Positions 22,301 through 33,965 are shown, numbered from the stretch's first letter. The stretch is DNA of 64,000 nucleotides from Macrostomum lignano (GCA_002269645.1 NIVC01000020.1:186001-250000), one strand, 5' to 3'. The notes: a model not told the origin generated them from the sequence alone. Translations and numbers: made by a program.

Positions 22301-25300
22301 GGATCGGCGCTGCTCCCTGGGGCTTTAGTTAAAAATTAAAAAGTGCTTCAACCTTCTGTAACTGCATGCCTCTGTAGCCTCACCGCATCCGAGTGCCACG
22401 TGGACAGCTTCGGCTTCAAGCACAGCCACGAGAACGAGTCGCTGCTGCTGCACTACATCTGCAGGCAGCTGCACGAGCACTACACCTCTCTGCTGGACAG
22501 GTGGGAGCAGCACCAGCGACAGTGGAAGACCTTCATCTCAACCTGCAGGAGCTACACCAAGACGGTAATGCTACAGTGCTAAGCCAAACAGATATTTTCA
22601 GTCCCTACCTTTCGGAAGACTTTTACAAAAGACCAAAGTTTCTCAACGCTTGTGTATAACAGTTTCCTGGTGTACTTAAATCAGCTTCAGCTGTAACATC
22701 CACTCTCTTAGGCCATCTAGGGTAGATTAAGAAATAACAGCTCACCCAGACTGATCCGAGACTCCTGTCCCAACCTTCCTGACTGCAGAAGGAGCTGAAG
22801 GGCCTGGTGCGCAACGGCATTCCAAGGATGTTCCGATCCGCAGTGTGGCGAGAGCTGGTGCACTCGCACATCCAGGAAATCCGGGCGGTGAAGGGCCGGC
22901 ACTACTACACCACGCTGACGCAGCAGATTCACGACTCGGAGGTGGCCGGCATGCACCGCAAGCAGATCTCGCTGGACCTGCTACGCACGATGCCAACCAA
23001 CATACAGTTCGACTCGAACGACTCGGAGGGGGTTAGTGGAGCCACTGGTTCACGGCAGTGCCATTTGAGTCTGTCAGAAAGTAATCAGTGTGTCAAATCC
23101 TTCGCTTTCAGATCCAGAAGCTGCAGGAGATTCTGCAGGCCTTCTGCATCCACAACCCGGCCATCGGCTACTGCCAGGGCATGAACTTCCTCGCCGGCAT
23201 GGGCCTGCTCTTCCTCAGCAAGGAGGACACCTTCTGGCTGCTGGTAGCCATCACAGAGGCCTACTTCCACCCGCTCTACTTCACTTCCAATCTCATCGGG
23301 GCGCAGGCGGACCAGCTAGTTCTGAAGGACCTGCTGAAGTCGCACCTGCCTGAGCTGCACAGACACCTGGAGGAGCTGGAGATTGACATCTCCACGGTGA
23401 CGCTCAACTGGTTCCTGGCCGTGTTCTTCGACGCCGTCCCCTTCCCCGCGTTGCTGCGCATCTGGGACTGCTTCCTGCTGGAGGGCCCGAAGGTCTTGTT
23501 CCGCTTCACCCTCGGCATCCTGAAGTTGCACGAGAAGATCCTGCTGCAGCAGACTGACACCATCAGCGTGTGGAAGCACCTGAAGGCGGCAGCGAAGCTC
23601 ACATTCGATGTTGAGGGCTTGGCAAGGGCCGCGTTCGAGGAGCTGCCTGGCATGGCTCACAGGAAGGACATCAGCGTGAAGCAGAGCTGCTTCATCAACT
23701 CGCTAATTGAGCAGGACGAGCGGCGCAAGAAGAAGCGCAAGGCGTACAACGACACCGAGGAGCGCGTGAGTGCAATTGAATCACACCCACTGCGCACCGC
23801 CAGCTCTGAGTTCGAATTTACCCATTGCTAACCACCCGACTCGGCAATATTTGCTACGCTGCACCATCTGCCTCTTTCAAATGCGTGCACTGTCTATGCT
23901 TGCACGAATAAGTGCAATTAGAACACCAGCACTCGTAGTGGATTGCTAAGCCTTATCCCATATCTACACTAACCAAGTTGCATGGAGCCGGGTAGTAAGC
24001 AAAACCAGCTGTGTAGAGAGGCCCCGTTCTGTTGTCTGTCTGGCTTACTCCCTTTAGTTTACTCTTTTTGCGGCCTCTGGTAATAATCATATCTCACAAG
24101 CAATGTCGTCGTGCTCCAAGTAGCCTATTCGCGTACTATTAGTGCTGACGTCAGCGACCCGAGTGTTTTCTCGAACGCCCGAAGCCTTCAGTTCCAAGCA
24201 AGCAGAGCAGCCCGCGGCGCCCCGCCCTGTGCCAATTTTGCAGAACCAAAGACTGCAGAGCTCGCCCATGAGGAATTTCACTGTCCGGGCCACCATGGCC
24301 TACGAAAGCATTCGCCGACTCTCTCACCGAACGGCAAGTAGCAAAGCAACTCCAAGCAATAGAATAGTGCGGTGCCAATAGAATGCTTTGCCATTTTTGG
24401 TGAATTTGTTTTCTCATCTTTTACAGTCATTGGTTTTTGGTAGGATTTGTACGTTCCTAATGTACATGCTTTTTCCTTGATTCCGAAACTGAAATCGTTT
24501 TTTTCTTACGAGCCTTATCGAGTAATGAAAGCTTGCTTTGCCGTTTCAATATGAATGCTTTTAGGATTAAAATTTTCAGCATTCGCTGACTGGCAGCAAT
24601 ACAGCCGGTTCTGTGCGAGTCAAACGCTCCAAACGTTGCAGAGAGCGATGCTGAGTGCGCCCAGCCAGTCTTAAACCAGAGCCACGCCCTAATCGCCATT
24701 TCAGTTCCGGGAGATGGAGACCCGCAGTGTCGACCGGCCAATCATCGAGTGCGGCGGCTCCTTTCTAGACGGCAACACCTGGATCTGCTACGGAGACCAG
24801 AACCGCACCAGGATCTGCAAGCTGCAGCCGGAAGAGAATCTCATGTACAACCTGCGAGAGGAGGTGCGTGTTCATCACCCTTAACTTGCTTCATGCTGAT
24901 ATCACAAAAGCAACTCTCCGCGATGCACTTTTTACCTGTTCGAATCCCAGATTGACTCTCGCGTGATGTGCGTGTGCGCTCTGGACGCCAGCGTTGTGCT
25001 GCTCGGGACGCTCAACATGTACATCATCGCATTCGATACGGAGGCTGAGTAAGCTGGCTGCTGATGCGTTTTACCTATTTCAGTATCAATTTGTTCATAA
25101 GAATTTATCGCTGTTAATCAAATTTCGCTACTCAACGGGCTTGCAGAGAGCGCCTGTGGCAGTGCCGCATCCACGACTCCGTGCTGGACATCTGCGCCAG
25201 CGCCGCCTCCGACCGAATCGCCAACCGCGTCTTCGCGGCTCTTGCAAACGGCTCAGTGGCCGTGCTGGACCATGTCGGACACGAGGAGCCCAACAACAAT

Positions 25301-27022
25301 ATCTTCTACGTGAATCTCAGCACGTCACCGCTGACCTCGCTGCTGCTGGTCAACACGGACCTGTGGGTCGCGTGCGGCAACTACGTACAGCTGCTGGACG
25401 CCGAGTGCCTCGATCCAAAAGAGAAATTCCACGTGTCCAACAACCCGTTCGACTCTATCCTGTGCCTCAAGCGCAGCCGGTTCGGCATCTGGATCGCCGT
25501 CCGCGGCTCGTCCGTGATCGAACTATGGGACGAGGACACGCTTACCTGCTGTCTGCTGTACGACGTTAAGGAACTCAAATATCCGATTTTCCGCAAGGAC
25601 GACGAGACGCTGTTCAATCCTTGGCGCATTACTTCCATCCTGCCGTTCGAGGATTCACTGTGGGTTGGCACCGGCAGCGGTGACCTTGTTGTATTCACCG
25701 TCTCCTACATCAGCAAGAAGAGGGTTTCCTCCAATCACTCTGACGCTTTGAAGAACCAAGCGTCCGCCAAGCGTCCGGACACACTCATGACCAGGTCGAC
25801 CGTCAAGGAGAAGGTTGAGAAGTACCTCAGCGCAATAGACCAGCCGCTCACCAAGGCGGTGCTGAAGAAGGAGGCATCGGACGAGTCGACACCCAGGGCG
25901 TCTCCCTACAACTCACCGGCTCACGCGCGCTTGGCCCCGCGGGTGCATCGCATGTCCCGCAGCTGCCAGACGCTGAGCAACCACCGAAAGCAGATAATGG
26001 TGCGCAAGAGCCAGCACGACACCGAAGACCCGAAAGTGCTCGACTTGCGTCTAGACGACGAAATCGTTGAAAGGGACGCCTTCCACCTGGAGATCTTCTT
26101 GCAGATGGGCGCAGAGAACACGCGAGTGGAGGTGCAGGACAAGGCAACACTCACCGACCCAGCCATGATGGCAGCAGAGCACCAAGGACCCCGTCGACAG
26201 GATGCTACAGACCACAGGAGCATTACTACCGACGAAGAGAGCGACAATGTTTTCGAAGACGCCAAAGACTCGGATTCGGCCAGCCGAATGGACGGACGAG
26301 TCGCCGCACCGCAAGGCGCCGCCACTGTTGCAGCCGAAGCGACAGTGGTGACGCCGGAGCCATCCAGCCCAGTCTCGGGCCAGGCCGCCGCAGCAGTGCA
26401 GCAGTCCCCGTGCGAATGCTTCGCCTCCGCCGAGGAGACGGAGACTCCGGGATCGCAGCCGTCTCGGCCGTCACCGTTCCTGACTGCCGCCAGCTCCAAT
26501 GCCACTGCGCTGCAGCCATTCGAGAACATCGTGAATCCGGACCAGCCGTACGACTACAACCTGATGCTGACGGTCAGAAACAAAGTGTCAGAGTCGCCGA
26601 TAAAATGCCTCATCTTGACCAAGTGAGTAGAGAGTGGGGCTTTAGTGACTAGAACATGGGCCCCAACTGTCGCAATAAATTCTCACAAAATTTCAGGCCG
26701 GGCTACCGGGGCGACTGCTACATCATCTCGTGCTCGAGCAGGTTCGGTGAGGATGAAGCCGTGCTGAAATGGCGACGCGAGAACCAGGATGTGAGTCACG
26801 GCTACTGGTAGTTCTGCCGATACTTTGATAATAATAATAATTGATAATAATTTTCGCAATTTTCAGCAGCAGATTTGGACCAACGAACCGATCTTCGAGG
26901 TGAACCCCATCACGAAGATCATCCAGTTCCCCACCTACATGGCTGTGCGCAACCGCCTCGGCAGTAACCGCAGCGAGCATTCGGCCAAGCCGAAGGACAG
27001 CTCGACCTGCCTGACCGACTAG
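7318..27022 (+). CDS. TBC1D2: TBC1D2/TBC1D2B-like Rab GTPase-activating protein (PH, coiled coil, TBC, C-terminal propeller-like extension), ~1547 aa
   Basis: Phase-consistent exons 7318-7369, 7456-7639, 7776-7932, 10534-10711, 11453-11539, 16191-16569, 18779-18847, 19814-19921, (20248-? unresolved), 21429-21587, 21676-21808, 22176-22246, 22378-22564, 22789-23031, 23112-23765, 24705-24863, 24951-25048, 25147-26622, 26697-26790, 26867-27022. PH domain (YYVFEESKCQLHFYK...PLGTINVRGA...WLLAL); NNNRFLNNEV coiled-coil motif; TBC motifs LVRNGIP, ISLDLLRT (Arg finger), GYCQGMNF (Gln finger), LRIWDCFLLEG. Confidence 0.88.
9024..9327. repeat. Tandem repeat, 80-bp unit, ~3.8 copies (intronic)
   Basis: CTATAGTC recurs at 9024, 9104, 9184, 9264. 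Confidence 0.95.
9718..10150. repeat. Minisatellite, 21-bp unit CCTGAATCTCGAGTCCCAAAC (intronic)
   Basis: Visible periodicity, degenerate at both ends. Confidence 0.93.
11571..12136. repeat. Minisatellite, ~39-43-bp unit GAATGTGTCCGACTGTCCTGATTGCTCTGCCTG(C)n (intronic)
   Basis: Visible periodicity with a variable poly-C tract. Confidence 0.95.
13040..16034. repeat. Satellite-like array, 56/57-bp unit CTGTTTCTTAGAAA(A)GTTCCCTGCCGAGATGGGAAAGTATCAATTTGTCAACACAAA, ~53 copies (intronic)
   Basis: Head-to-tail units with no spacers. Confidence 0.97.
16586..16986. repeat. Minisatellite, 33/34-bp unit CTGACCTGCGGGAGCCCCCTGTCAGTGCCCCC(C)T (intronic)
   Basis: Visible periodicity; starts ~17 nt after the donor at 16570. 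Confidence 0.95.
17421..18743. repeat. Minisatellite, 12-bp unit AATCTCATTG(GG/CA/TA) (intronic)
   Basis: Visible periodicity; ends ~35 nt before the acceptor at 18778. Confidence 0.97.
19072..19755. repeat. Highly homogeneous minisatellite, 16-bp unit GGGACTATGAGACTCT, ~43 copies (intronic)
   Basis: Near-perfect copies; one variant near 19199. Confidence 0.97.
21096..21312. repeat. Minisatellite, 20-bp unit CTGTCCAGCATGTCCTACCA (intronic)
   Basis: Visible periodicity. Confidence 0.93.
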
Positions 27023-28450
27023 AGAGCAGCCGCGGCACACAGACCTCGGAGACGAATTATCCCATTATCCCAGTCTATCAGTGTCACAACATTTTATTCA
27101 TTCCTGCATTCATGTAATGAAAATTTTACAGTTTGGAAGCGGTTGGATCCTGTTATGCTAAATTCTATCTGTGGTTGCTGCTTGACCAACTTTGAGCATC
27201 GGGCGCGGACCCGCTGATTCAGTTTCTGACTCCCAGTTGGGCCAGTTTTCGCTGTTCGAAGCTCTAGAGCAGCTTTTTACATTTCTGATCGCGATTCTCT
27301 CAATGCAACATGTGATTGACAGGCCCATGTTCGAACTTTATTTATTCCCGATGCACACGATTATCCCCCCCCCCGACTTCTCGTGCCGAAATCCCGCTGC
27401 TTGCTCCTCGGATGAGTGTCTATTTTCGATTTCTACCGCATCGCTGCTCAGCCAAGAGTTTCTCCTTCTATTTTCCATTTCCCCCATCGTCAACAGTGCC
27501 TCAGCTGCCGCAGCCTCCGGCGGCCCACCAGCTTCAGTGTTGTGCCCCCCTGCGGTTTCAGCGGCCTTCGCATCCGCACAGTTTTTACGCGCACCTTTCA
27601 AGCCATGCATTCCGGAGCGTTTGTTTTAATCGTCACATGATTTCTATTTTTAAATGCTATGCATCAAATAGCAGCTCGCGAGCGCACACATCTTTCTCTC
27701 CCTCACTGCTCACCTCGACTCGGCCCCGGGAGTTTGCGGTTAGCGATGCAGCTGGTGAGCAGGCGCAGAAGCCGGGCTCAGGAGATGCTGGACTCAGAAG
27801 GCGATGTCGCTCGTAAATGCAAGCCCCTTGGGCTGAGGTCGACCCCATTCGTGTCAAAAGTTTAGCGCTTAACTTGTCTTAATTTTTTATGAAATAAATA
27901 AAGCGTACCAAAATTCGCTGCTGCCTTCTCCGATAGCCCCCGCAGCACCTCATCTGTGTACTTGTCTTTCATCCGGTAAGCCCTCATCGCGATTCTGTGT
28001 TGTTCTGGCTTGGTGAAAAATTGTCGCGTACTCTACTTGCAGTAGTCGGGTTTGTGCGCTTCTTCGTAATACTTTTTATTCACTTTGACCCCTTTGTTAT
28101 TTTCACTGTCTCGCATAATAAAAATGTATTGGATTCTTGGCACGAGTGTTTGGCTTCATTATTTGCGTTGCAGACGAAATGACACAAATAGAAATGGATG
28201 AAAATGGATGAAAACAGGTAGAAACTATTGGAGTTTATTTATTGGAGATTTTTAGAGTAGCGAATTAAAAAATTTTTGAACCAGTCAAAAACAGGGCGGT
28301 GACCCGGCGGCACTGCGCGAGTTCGGGTACCAAATAAAAAACTTTTGGTTAAATTTGTAACAAAAACAATGAGTGGATTTTGCGTTACGAATATGACATT
28401 TTTGTTATGTGTTAGGGTTGTAGTACATGCAAATCAGTTAAATTCTTATA

Positions 28451-28593
28451 AATCTGGATAAATATGCGCTCCACAAATCTGGATAAATATGCGCTCCACA
28501 AATCTGGATAAATATGCGCTCCACAAATCTGGATAAATATGCGCTCCACAAATCTGGATAAATATGCGCTCCACAAATCTGGATAAATATGCG
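28451..28593. repeat. Tandem repeat, 25-bp unit AATCTGGATAAATATGCGCTCCACA
   Basis: ~5.7 copies visible. Confidence 0.93.
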
Positions 28594-28681
28594 CGTGTCG
28601 ACCTTTCCTCGTCGAAGCTTTAAAAAAATTCAATTCTTGCCGTCAGCAGGGCTTAAAAACCCTTTCGAACCAAGAAGGGAG

Positions 28682-29117
28682 CTCATCCCACACTACAAAC
28701 CTATTTAGGCTCTGTAACTCTGTCTCATCCCACACTACAAACCTATTTAGGCTCTGTAACTCTCTCATCCCACACTACAAACCTATTTAGGCTCTGTAAC
28801 TCTGTCTCATCCCACACTACAAACCTATTTAGGCTCTGTAACTCTCTCATCCCACACTACAAACCTATTTAGGCTCTGTAACACTGTCTCATCCCACATT
28901 ACAAACCTATGTAGGCTCTGTAACTCTGTCTCATCCCACATTACAAACCTATTTAGGCTCTGTAACTCTGTCTCATCCCACATTACAAACCTATTTAGGC
29001 TCTGTAACTCTGTCTCATCCCACACTACAAACCTATTTAGGCTGTGTAATACTGTCTCATCCCACACTACAAACCTATTTAGGCTCTGTAACACTGTCTC
29101 ATCCCACACTACAAACC
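28682..29117. repeat. Tandem repeat, 42-bp (40-bp variant) unit CTCATCCCACACTACAAACCTATTTAGGCTCTGTAACTCTGT
   Basis: ~10 copies visible. Confidence 0.93.
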
Positions 29118-29319
29118 TCCTATCGGATGCTAAGGCTTTAAAGCACATGAACAGTTCTGCTGACAATCCACCTGGCAACTTGGGTTTAAAATAGTGATAA
29201 TAATAGCATTGTTATCCTCCTGATCATTTTACATCCCATAAAATCTGTTAATAGCAAAAAAACTGTCTGAGAACAGCAGATCAAAATGTCTGTCAAACTG
29301 AGGCCGACAGCGAAAAGAG

Positions 29320-31771
29320 TCAGAACTTGCTTGTGAAGCTCAGCAAGAGCAGAGCGACAGCCACGCCGAAAGGGGCTGACGGATTCGGCGCGCTACGGAC
29401 GCTGGCATTTGACCCTGTCGTGGTGGCTGCACGACTGCTGGTGGTGGTTGTGGCCGGTGTTGTTGTTGATTGCGGACCGTTGCAGTCGCTGGTGCTGCAG
29501 GAGGTGCAGCCATAGAGTGCAGCTGTTCTTGGGGTGCACGCGCCGCACCCGCTGAGGGGAATGATGTCTTTGCCGGCAACAGTTCCCTGTAGTAAAATTT
29601 GCTTGCTTAGAACTGTCAAGAAAATTGGCGCAGAGTTGAGCGCAAATGTCGTACCAATGATCGAGTCAGACTGTATCATGTGCTAATTCCCTTGACGCAA
29701 AAGTCTCACCAATGATCGAGTCAGACTGTATCATGTGCTAATTCCCTTGACGCAAAAGTCTCACCAATGATCGAGTCAGACTGTATCATGTGCTAATTCC
29801 CTTGACGCAAAAGTCTCACCAATGATCGAGTCACACTGTAGCATGCGCTAATTCCCTTGACGCAAAAGTCTCACCAATGATCGAGTCACACTGTAGCATG
29901 CGCTAATTCCCTAGGCGCAAATGTCTTACCAATGATCGAGTCAGACTGTATCATGCGCTAATTCCCTTGACGCAAAAGTCTCACCAATGATCGAGTCAGA
30001 CTGTAGCATGTGCTAATTCCCTTAGCGCAAGTGACAGACTGCGAGTTGTTCCCGGAGTCGCGATGGATGCAGGTGAGCGCGGACATCTCGGCAGTGTTGC
30101 ACAGATCGGAGCTGCATTTCGCACAGGAAGGCATCGTGTCAGCGCTGCAGTTGCCGCAGCCGTACACGTAGTGCGGCGTGTCGATGTTCTGTCATAAATG
30201 CCAAAAATCCGAATTAGCATGCTAAGCAATATCCAAGCATGTGCAGGTAACAGACAGGTAAATGCGATTTACCATGATTGCCGAGAAACAGGTCGTTATT
30301 CCAGTCTGACAGGTCATCGAGGTTTCATTGCTAACGGGACCCGAGATGTTGTACCTGCCATAGTAGCACCTGAAGGGTGTTGGCAGGGCTGTGTTGCACA
30401 GGTTCGAGCCGCAGTTCACGCAGGCCGGGTCCTCAGTCTGGTTGCAGGTTCCGCAGCCGAAGTAGGTCTGCAGGGCGGGGGCGCATTGGATGTCAGCCAA
30501 AATGCTTTCAGCCGAGAAACTACAAGATCTCTTTCTAGATACTCACTAACCAATAGCACACACACACGCACACACACACACACACACACAGAAGCTCCGT
30601 GAGTACTATAGCGTCTCGCCTAGTTTTACGCCTAACGTAAAGTTCAGCAAACTTTTATTTCGCTCTCAGAACTTAGAAACTACCGGTGGAAATGAGTGCC
30701 CGGATGTCTTACTGTGTTGGATGAATAGTCAGCCGGAAACTTGGTGTACGAGAAGCACGAAGAGAATCCAGCTGTGCAGGCCATCGAAACACCGTTGCTA
30801 GTTGGCGACGATGAGACGTCATACTTATTGGCGTAGCAGCGGAGGGTCGAGGAGGTCCGGTTGTTGCAGTAGTCCTTAGTGCATTCCAAGCATGTCGGAT
30901 CACCCTGGGGGCACCTGCCGCAGGCGGCAAAGTTTCCCGTTTCCTGAAAGTTAACAAATTCAATCAAATGTCGAGTCATTCTTAACCGTAATTAACCATA
31001 CGTGCGTATTCAATCACTTCGAACCTGGACACCAGCAGTTGAAAATGGAATATACTGGTGAAATACGGCTAAAAAACCGCTAGAAGCTCTAGGAGCAGCA
31101 GAAGCTGCGCGGAGGTGGGAGAAATAATTGAGCTGGGTCTGTGCCTGTAGAGGATCTGCGCCTGTAGTGGATCTGTGCCTGTAGAGGGTCTGTGCCTGTA
31201 GAGGATCTGTGCCTGTAGAGGGTCTGTGCCTGTAGAGGATCTGTGCCTGTAGAGGATCTCTGCCTGTAGAGGATCTGTGCCTGTAAAGGGTCTGTGCCTG
31301 TAGAGGATCTGTGCCTGTAGAGGATCTGCGCCTGTAGTGGATCTGTGCCTGTAGAGGGTCTGTGCCTGTAGAGGATCTGTGCCTGTAGAGGATCTGTGCC
31401 TGTAGAGGGTCTGGGCTTGTAGAGTAGAGGATCTACATAGAGAGGACATGTAGAGGACATGAAATCCTAGGTGCGGTTGCCACAGAATATAAAATATAAA
31501 ATGACTTGTTTGCAGAATAATCAGGCAAGGCCTCACCCCAGCTGGTGTGTAGGAGTGGCAGTGTGAATAACCACAGTAGTATCCGCTGCCGTTGGAGGTC
31601 TCGTCAGAACTTCCAGTTCGTATCCAGCAGACAATGGGGAAGCATCTACCTGCAATGCAAATCCGCTGCTCAATACTAGCAGTTCCTTGGCAATGACATA
31701 CAGTTGGTTCTGAACTTACCTAAGTCGACGATTGCAAAGGCGATCAGCAAAAAGTACGCGAACTTCATCAT
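29320..31771 (-). CDS. Secreted, probably GPI-anchored protein with four 8-Cys Ly6/uPAR (three-finger)-like domains, 353 aa
   Basis: Exons 31771-31720, 31649-31537, 30943-30713, 30467-30273, 30188-29985, 29586-29320 (1062 nt, phases 1,0,0,0,0, all GT-AG). Signal peptide MMKFAYFLLIAFAIVDLG; four repeats of xxC...C-x4-6-C-x-S...(G/A)CGxC...C-x2-C-x4-CN; Ser/Thr stalk; hydrophobic C-terminus FGVAVALLLLSFTSKF. Confidence 0.8.
29641..30030 (-). repeat. Tandem repeat, 55-bp unit x7, each copy containing an exon 3' end and a 5' splice site
   Basis: Minus-strand unit ...GGGAATTAGCACATGCTACAGTCTGACTCGATCATTG|GTGAGACTTTTGCGTCA; junction copies at 29985, 29930, 29875, 29820, 29765, 29710, 29655. Confidence 0.93.
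30558..30590. repeat. (CA)n microsatellite (intronic)
   Basis: Directly visible. Confidence 0.9.
31135..31460. repeat. Minisatellite, 17-bp unit GGATCTGTGCCTGTAGA (intronic)
   Basis: CCTGTAG recurs every 17 nt. Confidence 0.93.
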
Positions 31772-32497
31772 TCCAGTGTGCGCTGAGGATCCTCCTGTCA
31801 GAGCGACTGCTCGTCTCACATTTCTGGTGTCTCATATTTATACGGAAATTACTGAATGAATGATGCAAACAAATTTCTAACATTTTTTTATTTACAAAAA
31901 CACAGTCGTGATGCGGCATAAATTTGAATTAATTAGGCGAATTAGAGTGGCATTTTTGTAGTCCCGAGATGGAAAGCCTTTCGCAGCAGAGATTTATTGC
32001 TTGTTTGACTGTCCTTGCACTGCCGTTATTTAACACCTGCATTCGGCCATAAACTTATTAGACAATACCAGCTATCATAAATTATGGCATCGCATCATTG
32101 CGAATTCGAACAATAAGGCGGCGTTTCTCATTGTGCTCGGCGCGCATTCGGCCACCCCGACTTGACGCGTTTCTTTAGCGAGAAGCGACAATTATGCGAC
32201 TGCTAAGTTTTTTTGACAAGACTTTAATTTGCTAGGAATTGCAATTAGTACTCAGTCTGTTTGAGGCGTTTTTTTTATAATCCTTCGTTTTACAGCCTTC
32301 GTATGAATTATTTCAGTGCAGCTGCACTCAGCGCTTCAGCTGAGGTTAAATATAGCTCAACAAATTGCCCGCCAGCTCTTCGAAAATTCATTTTGATGAA
32401 GAAAGTGAAAAATGAAAATGAAGAATTTTAGTCTATGGATAGATTTCCACCTAAATATGCTATGAAGGGTCGTTGATCGCTAAAGGAATAAATCTAC

Positions 32498-32728
32498 ATT
32501 CAGTATAAATAAATATTCAGTATAAATAAATATTCAGTATAAATAAATATTCAGTATAAATAAATATTCAGTATAAATAAATATTCAGTATAAATAAATA
32601 TTCAGTATAAATAAATATTCAGTATAAATAAATATTCAGTATAAATAAATATTCAGTATAAATAAATATTCAGTATAAATAAATATTCAGTATAAATAAA
32701 TATTCAGTATCAATAAATATTCAGTATC
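32498..32728. repeat. AT-rich minisatellite, 17-bp unit TATTCAGTATAAATAAA
   Basis: Directly visible. Confidence 0.95.
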
Positions 32729-32786
32729 AATTAATTGTCGCGGGGGCTCCGTTCGGTCGCAAGAGCAAAGTGAGGATAGGAATGGC

Positions 32787-33795
32787 GCCTGACACAGTAC
32801 AATCTGCAGTTGGGATGATGCCTGACACAGTACAATCTGCAGTTGGGATGATGCCTGACACAGTACAATCTGCAGTTGGGATGATGCCTGACACAGTACA
32901 ATCTGCAGTTGGGATGATGCCTGACACAGTACAATCTGCAGTTGGAATGATGCCTGACACAGTACAATCTGCAGTTGGGATGATGCCTGACACAGTAAAA
33001 TCTGCAGTTTGGATGATGCCTGACACAGTACAATCTGTAGTTGGGATGATGCCTGACACAGTACAATCTGCACCAAACTGACAGTTGGAATGATGCCTGA
33101 CACAGTACAATCTGCACCAACGTGACAGTTGGAATGATGCCTGACACAGTAAAATCTGCACCAAAGTGACAGTTGGAATGATGCCTGACACAGTACAATC
33201 TGTACCAACGTGACAGTTGGAAAGGCGCCTGACACAGTACAATCTGTACCAAACTGACAGTTGGAATGATGCCTGACACAGTACAATCTGCACCAAACTG
33301 ACAGTTGGAATGATGCCTGACACAGTACAATCTGCACCAAACTGACAGTTGGAATGATGCCTGACACAGTACAATCTGCACCAAACTGACAGTTGGAATG
33401 ATGCCTGACACAGTACAATCTGCACCAAACTGACAGTTGGAATGATGCCTGACGCAGTACAATCTGCACCAAAGTGACAGTTGGAATGATGCCTGACACA
33501 GTACAATCTGCACCAAACTGACAGTTGGAATGATGCCTGACACAGTACAATCTGTACCAAACTGACAGTTGGAAAGATGCCTGACACAGTACAATCTGTA
33601 CCAAACTGACAGTTGGAATGATGCCTGACACAGTACAATCTGCACCAAACTGACAGTTGGAATGATGCCTGGCGCAGTACAATCTGCACCAAACTGACAG
33701 TTGGAATGATGCCTGACACAGTACAATCTGCACCAACGTGACAGTTGGAATGATGCCTGACACAGTACAATCTGCACCAAACTGACAGTTGGGAT
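32787..33795. repeat. Composite minisatellite: 33-bp unit ATGCCTGACACAGTACAATCTGCAGTTGGGATG switching to a 44-bp unit (11-bp insertion)
   Basis: Unit switch near 33070. Confidence 0.95.
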
Positions 33796-33922
33796 AATGC
33801 AATGCAATGGGATGGGATGCAATGGGATAATGCAATGGCATAATATAATATGTTGATAAGTGTTGATAAGCATTTAAGCTGCTGGAAGATTATCTAGGTC
33901 GTTAAAACCTAGCGACCGTATT

Positions 33923-33924
<2 letters not shown>

Positions 33925-33959
<35 letters not shown>

Positions 33960-33965
33960 CGTCGT
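33925..33965. repeat. (GTT)n microsatellite grading into (GTC)n
   Basis: Directly visible. Confidence 0.9.

Noticed and set aside
24244-24340. Extra TBC1D2 exon (NQRLQSSPMRNF...)
   Set aside because: Donor is weak and ends in phase 1, which breaks frame with exon 24705.
27192-27865. Short ORFs downstream of the TBC1D2 stop
   Set aside because: No domain, splice support or codon pattern; consistent with 3' UTR (AATAAA near 27893).
32687-33873. 347-384-aa Cys-rich ORFs
   Set aside because: Translations of the 33/44-bp array in all frames.
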